Of a DNA stretch of 64,000 nucleotides, positions 41,388 to 51,600 are shown in pieces; the stretch's first letter is position 1, and every line of letters starts with the position of its first letter. The position numbers were made by a program, and so were the translations under genes. The notes beneath the pieces are model-generated. The model did not search any database and was not told the DNA's origin. It saw only the letters and a program-made list of their open reading frames with translations. Source of the stretch: the human T2T-CHM13v2.0 reference genome, Homo sapiens; NCBI RefSeq assembly GCF_009914755.1, contig NC_060935.1, one strand, 5' to 3'.

Positions 41388-43300
41388 CTATTATGAACAG
41401 TATCACAGGGTGTACACACATAGAGAACATCTGCTGTGATATTAAAAGTTATACCTCCCTGGGATATTGTGAATAATATCACAGGGTGTACACACATGAT
41501 GTACACCCACTGTGATTTTTAAAGTAATATTTCCTTAGGATATTACAAATAGTATCAATAGGTGTACACACCCTCTGACATTAAGATAACATCCCTTTAG
41601 GATATTCCAAATAATATCCCAGGCTGTAGACCCCATGTGACATTAGGAGTAACATCTTTCTTGGATATTACGAATGAGATCACAGGGTTGACACCCCATG
41701 TGATTTTAAAATTAAAATCCCCCAGGAATATTACTAATAATAACACAGTGTGTACACCCTTGTGACGTTAGGAGTAACATCCTCCCAGGATGTTATGAAT
41801 AATATCAGAAGGTGTACACATATTGTGACATTAGTAGTAATATCGCACGAGTAAAGTGTGAATAATATCGCAGGGTATACACACCTGTGACATTAGGAGT
41901 AACATCCCCCTGGAATATTCTGAATAATATCACAGGGTTTACACATCCTGTGACTTTAGGAGTATCATCCCGCTAAAGTATTGCGTGAATAATTGTAAAA
42001 TTATGAGCATCTCCCTAAGATGTTATGAATAATATCACAGAGTGTGTACATACATGGCGTATACCCCATGTGATGTTAGGAGTTACATCCTTCTAGTATG
42101 TTAGGAATAATACCACAAAGGTGTTCACACATAGTTAACAGCATATGTAATATTAGGATTAACATCCCTCGAGAATATCACAAAGAACATCACAGGGGCT
42201 GTGCACACATGATGTACATGCCCGTAGACATTACGAGTACCTTTCCCTGACACATTTCCAGTAATATCACAGCGTTTACACCTTCTGTGACATTTGGAGT
42301 AACGTCCCCTAGGATAGTATGAATAATATCACAGGGTGTACATCCCCTGTGACCTGAGCAGTAATATCTTTCTAGAATACTACGAATAGTATCACAATGG
42401 GTACACCCCGTGTGTCATTAAAAGTAAAATTCCCCTAGGATATTATGACAAATAACACAGGGAGTACACCCCGTGTGACATTAAAAGTGACATCCCCGAG
42501 GATATAACGTATAATATCAGAGAATGTACATGCATTGGGACATCAGTAGTAATATCTCTTTCGGATAATACGAATAATATCAAAGGGCGTACATGCATTG
42601 TGAAATTAGTAGTGAACTCCCGCTAGGATATTATGAATTTTGTGACAGGGTGTATATGCCCTGTGACATTCAGAGTAACGTTTTCCTACAATATTACAAA
42701 GGATATTAAAGGGTGTACAGGACCTGTGATTTACGAGTAAGATTTCCATAGAATATTACACTGTGTGTACACCCCGTGTGACATTAGGAGTAACATCCCA
42801 CAAAACGATAACGAATAATTTCACAAGGTGTACACGCTCTGTGACATTAAAAGTAACATTTCCCTAGAATATTAGGATAATATCACAGAGTGTACACCCC
42901 CTGTGATATAGGGAGTAACATCTTATAAGGATAATACGAGTAATTTGATAAGGTGGACAAACCCTGTGACACAAGGAGTAACATCCCTCTAGGACATTAC
43001 AAATAATATCAAAGGGAACACACCCCGTGTGACAATAAAGGTAACCTCCCCTTAGGATATTATGAATAATACCACAAGGTGTACACACACTGTGACATTA
43101 TTATTAATGTCCCACAGGGTATTGTGAATAATATCACAGTGTGTACAGTCCTGTGACATCAGAATGAACATTCCCCTACAATATTACGAATAATATAGCA
43201 GGGTATACACCCCCTGTGATTTTGGTAGTGCCATCCTCCTAGAATGTGGAAAATAATGTCCCAGGGTGTTAACGAAGAGTGGCAGTAGAGGTAAAATCCT
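41388..43300. repeat. SATR2-like satellite, ~62-bp units
   Basis: Tandem GATATTAYGAATAATATCACAGGGTGTACACCCCTGTGACATTAGGAGTAACATCCCCTAG; GTAACATC-like anchors at ~41587, 41649, 41774, 41837, 41899, 41962. Family name from recall. Confidence 0.8.
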
Positions 43301-45800
43301 AGTAGTGGAGTAATATCACCCCGCCTCTCCCCCCAGGATATTACGATCCACGGTGGACACACAGCGTGTTTACGTTATTGTGAGTAATATCTTCTCCGCC
43401 TCTGGAGATTACCAACTATGTCATAGACGGGTGTACATCCTCTGCACTATTTGCAGTAATGGCATCCTCTTGCCCCTGGATATTAACAACAATATCACAG
43501 GAGTGTTTCTACCCCCAGTGGCATTGGGTGTAGTATCATCCTCTCCCACGTTGAAATTAGGAACAATATCACTGGGGGCGTGTACACACCCTGTGATATT
43601 GAAAGTAATATCATCCTCTTTTCTCCTGGATCATGGGACCAATGTCAATGGGAAGCGTACGCTTTCTGCAATATTGGGAGTAATGTCATCCTCTCCGCCT
43701 TTGAATATTAAGGGCGATGTCACAGGGCGGGTGTACATTCTCTGCGATATTGGCAATATTATTCTCTCCCCAACCTGCATATTAGGAAAAATATCACAGA
43801 GTGGGTGTACACCTTCTGCAATATGAGTAGTAATATCATCTTCTCCTCTTCTGGATATTAGGAACAATATCACTCGGGAGTGTACACTTTCTTCGAGATT
43901 GAGAGTAATGTCATCCTCTCCGCCATTGAATATTAAGAGAAATATCACATGGGGGATGTACAGCCCCTGAGATTTTGGGAGTAATATAGGGCTCTTTCCC
44001 TCCATGGATATTAGGAACAATATCTCAGGGTGGGTTTACACCTCCTGCTATATGGGGAGTCGTATCCTCTCTTTTCCTGGATATTAGGGACAATATCACA
44101 GGGTGGGTGTACACAGCCTGTGATATTGCTGTAATATCATCCTCTCGCCCTCCGGATATTAGGAGCAATATCACAGAAGGGGCGTACACTCCCTGTGATA
44201 TTGGGAGTAATATCATTTTCTCCTTCCATGATTATTAGGAGCAATATCCCTGGGTGGATGTACATCCACTGTTACATTAGGAGTAATGTCATACTCTACC
44301 CCCTGGATATTAGGAGCAATATCACAGGGTGGGTGTACACCCATAGCGATATTGGGAGTTATTAATATCATGCTCTCCCTCCCTGGATATTAGGAACAAT
44401 ATCACAAGGGGGGTATACACCCCGGCACTATTGCGAGTAATATCATTCTCTCTTATTCTGGATAGTAGGAATAATATCACAGGCGGGGTGTACACCCTCT
44501 GTGATATTGGGAGTAATATCATCCTCTCCCAACGTGGATATTAGGAACAATATCACAAGGGGGGCTGTACACGTCTTTGATATTGGTAGTAATATCATCC
44601 TCTTCCCCTTGCATATAAGAAACAGTGTGACAGGCGGGGTGGACACCCCCTGCGATATGGGGAGTAATATCACCCTCCTCTCCATCCCTGGATATCATGA
44701 CCCACGGTGGACACACAGCGTGTTTACGATATTGTGAGTAATATCATCCCCCCCTCTAGAAATTATGAATAATATCACAGATTGGTGTAAACCCTCTGCA
44801 ATATAGGGAGTGATAACATCCTCTCCACCCCGGAATATTAGGAACAATATCAAAGAAGTGTTTATACCCCCTGTGATATTGGGAGTAATACCATCCTCTC
44901 CCACGTTGAAATTCAAAACAGTGTCACTGGGGGCGTGTCCACCCCATGCGATACTGAAAGTAATACCATCCTCTTCTCTCCTGGATCATGGGAACAATAT
45001 CACTGGGGTGGTGTACACTTTCTGCGATATTGGCAGTAATATCCTCTTCGCCTTGGAATATTAAGGACAATATCACAGGGGGGCTGTACACATCCTGCAC
45101 TATTAACAATAATATTATCCTCTCACGCCCTGCATATTAGGAAAAATATCACAGAGTGGGCGTACACCTCCTGCGATATGGGGAGTAATATCATCTTCTC
45201 TTCTTCTGGAAGTAGAAATAATATCACACGGGTTTGTACACTTTCTGTGATATTGGGAGTAATATCAACTTCTCCGCCTTTGAATATTGAAAACAGTATC
45301 ACAGGATGGATGTACACCCCCTGCGATTTTGGGAGTAATATCAGCCTCTACCTTCCATGGATATTAGGAATAATATCCCAGAGTGGGTGTTCAGCTGCTG
45401 CTGTATGGGGAATCATATCATCCTCTCCCTTCCTGGATATTATTAGCAACAATATCACAGGGTGGGTGTACATAGCCTGCGACATTGGGAGTAATATCAC
45501 CCTCTCCCCCTCCGGATATTAGGAACAATATCACAGAACGGGTGTACACTCCCTGCGATACTGGGAGTAATATCATTCTCTTCTTCCGCGAATATTAGGA
45601 GCAATATCACCGGGTGGATGTACACCCACTGCTATATTGGGAGTTACGTCATACTCTACCCCCTGGATATTCGGATCAATATCACCGGGTGGGTGTACAC
45701 CTACTGCAATATTGAAAGTAATACCATGCTGTCTCCCTCCCTGGACATTAGGAACAAAATCATAGGTGGGTGTACACGCACTGCGGTATTAGGAGTAATA
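43301..45800. repeat. SATR1-like satellite, ~75-bp units, ending in an AT-rich tract to ~46060
   Basis: Tandem GGATATTAGGAACAATATCACAGGGGGGTGTACACCCCCTGCGATATTGGGAGTAATATCATCCTCTCCCC; anchors at ~43605, 43680, 43830, 43906, 43981. Family name from recall. Confidence 0.82.
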
Positions 45801-46063
45801 TTATTATTAATTATTACTTATTTATGATTAACATTAATATTAATTACCAACATCAATAGTGAGAAATAATTGCTAATAAAAAGTTTTCATATTATTAATA
45901 TTAATATTAATTATTGGTACCTAATATTATTGTTTTCTAATTAATAAGATCAGTATCAATTGTTAATATCAGTCATTACTAATAGTTAATATTAATAATT
46001 TTATTGTTATCATTAATATAACTATTCAGTAATAATTATCATTATTATCAGTATTGATTTTAA

Positions 46064-46593
46064 ATCACTCATTCAACAAAAACTCAGGCTACATACAACT
46101 ACACAAAGGGCCTAACATTGTAAGCCCTTCGGGACTGCTTCAACCTTTCACTGACACAATAACACTTTTCAGCAAAGAACCCCTATGGCCCTCAACATCT
46201 ACTATTAACCTTTATATTATTGCTCCAACCCTGGCCCTTTCTTTCGCTCTCCTATTGTGAACCCCCATCCCTATACCAGATCCTCTAATTAATTTTAATA
46301 TAGGCCTCCTATTTTTACTAACCGTATCAAGCCTAGCCGTCTACTCTATTCTATGATCAAGAAGAGCAATTAAATTCAAATTATGCACTATTTGGCGCAT
46401 TACAAACTGTAGCCCAAACAATTTCATATGAAGTAACCCTAGCCGTTATCCTGCTATCAATTCTACTGATAAGTGGCTCGTTTAACATATATGCACTCAT
46501 CACAATGCAAGAAATCCTCTGACTGCTCCTATCTTCATGGCCCCTAGACATGATATGACTTGTCTTCACACTAGCAGAAACTAATCGAGTCCC
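46064..46593 (+). pseudogene. NUMT: MT-ND1 internal fragment
   Basis: GYMQL.KGPNIV.P.GLLQPF.D...[40 protein letters not shown] read in the mitochondrial code; frameshift near 46370. Confidence 0.92.
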
Positions 46594-47395
46594 TATATTA
46601 TATATATATATAATTTTTATATTATATATAATATATATTATATAAAATACAAATATATAAATATTTGTATATTATATATTTTATATATATTATATATAAT
46701 ATAAATATATAAATATTTACCTATAATACAAAATACATTTTATATATAATATATATGATGATATATAATTTTTATACCCTCTGTAGAGGGAATTATTTTT
46801 GTTTCTATATCCATCCATAATAAAATACTGTGTCTGTCCATAATAAAAATACTAGCGAAAAATAGGAATTATAGTCACGTAAGAGATAAAGGAAAATCTG
46901 TTAGTATCAATATATTAACACATATAGATGGTGTTGGTTTTTACAGGGTTTAGTAAAATGCATTCTAATTTTCTAAACAATATCCACATTACAGTATATT
47001 TATTTTTCTCTCTTTCATGATTGGAAAGAGTGCAACAATATACATCCCTATACAATCATCCTTGATTACATCTAAGGGAGCTTTGGCAGTAGTAACATTA
47101 CAGGGTTAATATATTCATATAGGTATTACAGGGTAACCAAACAACATTCCGAATTCTTTCATCAGCAAAGCCCAGCATAATCCTAATCCAGGTAGCCACT
47201 CTAATTAATGCAATTAACTCAGATACATAAACATATACATATATATGTATATGTCTGCATGTGTGGATGCACTTAAATGGTGGCAAATACCATCAACTTT
47301 TCCTCTCAAACAGTATTTTTGTTGAGAATGAGGTATATTCACTAGTTCATCAAAAATCTTTTTTAAATTCTTAGATGATTGCATTTGTTACCGTG

Positions 47396-48024
47396 AACAG
47401 CTGGATTAGAATTAGATTAGGTTTAAAATGATGAAAGAATCTGGGAGAGGGGGCAGAGTGTTGGTTATTAATTAGCACATGGATCAAAGGAGAACACTGA
47501 TGTGTTTAGAAGCCACAACATTAACAGGATAAAAGCCAGAACTAACAATCCAGTTGTAAATCTCTTTACTGTGGGATTTTTTGCCATTTCTGCTCCATAA
47601 GACACACTTTAACCACTTTGTCGTGCTATCTGCAGTATTCTATTTTAGTCTAAATAGCATTTTCTCTCAAATGCGTTGTTTCTCTCTCCTTCGTCTTCCC
47701 TCCCTTCTTCCTTCCAGCTGTATTTTCTCACTAGCGAACACTAGTAGTATGTTCTCCCAAATTTCAGATTTCAGATGCGCATCTGTAAAATAACGTTATG
47801 GAGACACATTATAGTTGCTACTGAATACTTGGTTGTTTTCACAAGTTCACAGCATTACTACTGTCCTCCAAAAAACGGTTTCCCATTTCCACAGCTAATC
47901 TCATCATTGACTCTGCCATCCAAGTTTATTCTAGGCCACTCTGGAAGAATCTGGAAAATACTTAAAATACATTTTAAGTATTCATCATGCACATGTATTG
48001 TATTTTATTTATATATGTTCTCCA
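47396..48024 (-). repeat. Third copy of the inter-TRIM spacer (direct repeat of ~57517-58150; inverted relative to 14929-15450)
   Basis: CAGCTGGATTAGAATTAGATTAGGTTTAAAA at ~47398 and ~57517; match continues to TATATATGTT at ~48019 and ~58130. Confidence 0.88.
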
Positions 48025-48621
48025 TCATTATTAACATCACTATAATTATTATTAACAGCACATTATTAACAGCACTATAATAATGCATGAGCATTTGTAT
48101 ATAAGATGAGATTTACAAAGATAAGCCCAGCATAGGAGGTCAAATAAGATTACCTCAAAGTATAGATTCATAAATAAAACACATGGATAAGTATAATATT
48201 GTTAGATGAAGAGAAAGAAAATATTTCCAGGTTATCATTGAGTCGTTTTACTCCAAGATTTTTCATGAAGCCCAAGATCTCTACTTTCTTCCATTGATTT
48301 TAATTTCATTTAGACAACTTTGTCATCTATTATTTTACTTTGTGACGTTCAGAAATAATTTAAAAGCAGAGAATATATTCTATGCCATACATCATGGGTA
48401 ATGATTTTCCAAAAATAATTAAAAAAGGAACCAATACACACAGTTTTAGTGTTTCCACCATATTTAATAGAAACACTATAAATGAGTTTTGATGACATTA
48501 GAATGCAAATAAAGACATTAAATATAACTTATTTGTCCCATTTGATGAGGTGCAAAAAAGAGGGCTTTTGGGGATAAACAGGTTTCCAGAGCATATAGAC
48601 ACATTTCTGACTTTTCTCTGG

Positions 48622-51600
48622 TCAGAAGTGACTACAGCAAATGATAGGCCAGAGAGGAGGTGAGAAGGAGCAATTAGGGATGGTGTATATCAGGGAACTT
48701 CTATCCACATCAACAAAGCTCACGGTCCTACCTTCACAATCCAGGAATAATCCTACTGTGTCTGTAGGTCTTGGAACATATTGCATTACAAGTGGGGAGG
48801 TGGTAAAGAGACTGCAGTGAGTGTCCTCCTTAACACATCCAAGAAGAAAGAGTCCCACCTCTCCATCTATCATGTCATTCTGTCTCTTCTCTTTCCAATA
48901 ATTGTTACAGACACCAAAAGCCCAATTCCAAGAGTGCCCCATGTTAAACTCCCAATAAAATTTGCCAGATATGAAAAAATCAGCCCCCCATTGAAGAAAA
49001 CATTCAGATTTATCAGTGATATTGGGATCATGTTGAGGGTCACATCCAACCTTCATGCTTCTCAAATCTCCATGCAGGAAGATATGACTACTGGCTCTTG
49101 CATGCTGCAGAGTAAGATAAACTGCAAAAATAATTTTAAAAAAGTATAGATACATGTAATTAATAGAAATTAGAATTCTTGAGGGAAAAGTTGTTCTACC
49201 AAGAATTTACTTTGCCAAGAAATTTGAAGTTACAAGGACAGGAGAATTTTGATTACAACATTTAAGAAAGTATAAGGATGATTAATATTCTCTATAGGAA
49301 AAAACAATACCCTAAAAACAGACATTGAAAATTTATTGAAAACTTAAAAACTGAGAGTCGAATAAAAGACCAGCCTGTTTTAATCCCATCTCCAATGTAA
49401 AAGTGAAATATTATATGCCCTGAATGCCCTTTAGCTATCAAGGTAATTATTATTAAAATATTTCTTGTTCTTACATACTAGTGATATAATTTTGGCAAGA
49501 ATGGGAAGATTTTAGCTTACTCAAGCACTGCTCTAGATAACTGGATAAAAGTCCACATGTTCAAATTATAAGTGGTAACTTAAGGCAGATTTTTGCAAAA
49601 TCTTTCACTAGTCACTCTGCAGACATCCCTGCTAGCTCTAGACTGAAACTGAACTTTAAATTTTACACGTAGCTCTTCATGTTGTAACTAAACTGAAATT
49701 ATCATTTCCATTTTTACTTCCTATTTACAAAATATTTTTTCTTTTTATATATTAAGTCAAAATTTTACATCAATAATATATATTTATTGTAAGAAAATAC
49801 TAATACTCCAACAAACTGCAGTGAACTCTATTCCCCAATGAAATGTTTTTAACAATTCAAATGAAATACAGTAAAGCAATGTAAAATTTTTATGTAACCT
49901 TGGATTATTAAGCTTCCTTCTGAGCATTTTTCCATTTATTCAATTTTTTATTTCTTATGTCATTACATTTACCCAATATATAACTCTATACATGTGAGCC
50001 CAGAATATATTTGTTTTTCACTATGTTTTACTCTTCATGTTATAAATTGGACTATAAACAGAAACACAGATATAAAAGTGTTGTATCGTCATATGGTTCA
50101 CTTCCTGCTGAAATGAAATAAAGATTTGACGAAGGGTAAAATATTACCCCCATGATTCTAACAAGAAGTAATACATTGTGGGAATTTTGCCAATGGGCTG
50201 ACACTCACCTCTGAATCCCTTGAGCCTGTCCATCAGTCCAATGATGGGCCCTGCACTGAGCTCTGGATTCACAGGCTCAGACACTTGCAGCAGCAGGGAC
50301 TCATACCTGCAAGGAGAAAGATAGAGTTACCATATCAACAGCCAAAAAAATACATAAGAATCACCACCTTTATTTAAAAGACATTTCATGAGAATCCCTT
50401 TAACCCACACATTTGCTAATTCCAAAATTATCATTTTCTTTTTCAAATTCATTCTTATTCACAGTTCCTCATTTTCAAGCACGATGGAAAAGTCTATCTG
50501 ACTGAGAATTCATTCGGATCTTTCTTCGTATTGCTCCAAATTAGTAAGGATCATTAGTCTTAAGACTGGGAGAATATTCAAAAATGAAATTCTGGATTCC
50601 AGACCTCACCAGAAATTCCTGAAATTACTGTCTGGAAAAGTGGGGTTATTTTTAAGACTGCTGCATCTGTTGCTTCCTTCTCAAGGCCAGGGTGTTGAAA
50701 CGTGCTCCAGGCAGGGAGATCTGCCTTTAATAGTTGAGGTTCTCTGGAGGCCTACACGGTTCAAACATTCCAAATAGTTTGTTTCATCTATTTTTCAGAA
50801 TTATATATTTAAATATAAACTAGAAATCATCAACACTTTTCACTGCTAAAATACTTTCCCCTTTTCTCTCTGGCTTCCCCTGGTTTACTGTGTAGCCATG
50901 TAGTAAATGCAATATTTTCTCTTGCAAATATGAAGGCTTTTGAGCAATAAAAAGGAAATTAGGAATAGAGATGCTCACTTCCTTTATTTCTTTCATTTAT
51001 TTATTTTTTGTTCTCTTTCTTTTTTATTTATTTATTTATTTATTTATTTTTGGTTTTGCAGAACTTTCATTGAACTGCTTAATAAAATCACTGACTATGG
51101 CAACAAAATAGATGACTACATGGGGTGGGGGATGGAGAAAGTACAACCAGCACAAGGTAGTATCAATATCTGAATCACTTATACCTTCAATATCAAAGTT
51201 CCTGCTTGATATTTGTGGAAACTGAAAGAATCTGCTAAAATCTTGGTATGTACTCACCTTTGTAATATGTCTCCAAAAGACTGTAAAAAAAATAGAAAGG
51301 CTTAGTGCTTTCCACAAGATGCATCTTCAACTAAGTTCATTGTGTGATATGGAGACAGTTTCTGAAGATATTATTTTCCTACAGTGTTCCCTCCTGGAAA
51401 GCATTTTCTGTTTCTTTTCTCATGAAAATCCCAGTCTATCATATGTCATGAATTTATGTCCTGATAAAGTCTAAGTTTTGAAGACATTCTTTTTACAAGT
51501 GAAGGGAGAGGAGGCCCACAGAGTCTATGCTCTGCTGTAACCATGAAGAAGCTACTCAGTCATCTTCCCTAAGCCCTGTTACCAAAATGAGTGGACCCCA

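Noticed and set aside
41388-45800. Regularly spaced palindromic repeats resembling a CRISPR array
   Set aside because: Linkers are homologous to each other rather than unique spacers, there are no cas genes, and the context is primate satellite DNA.
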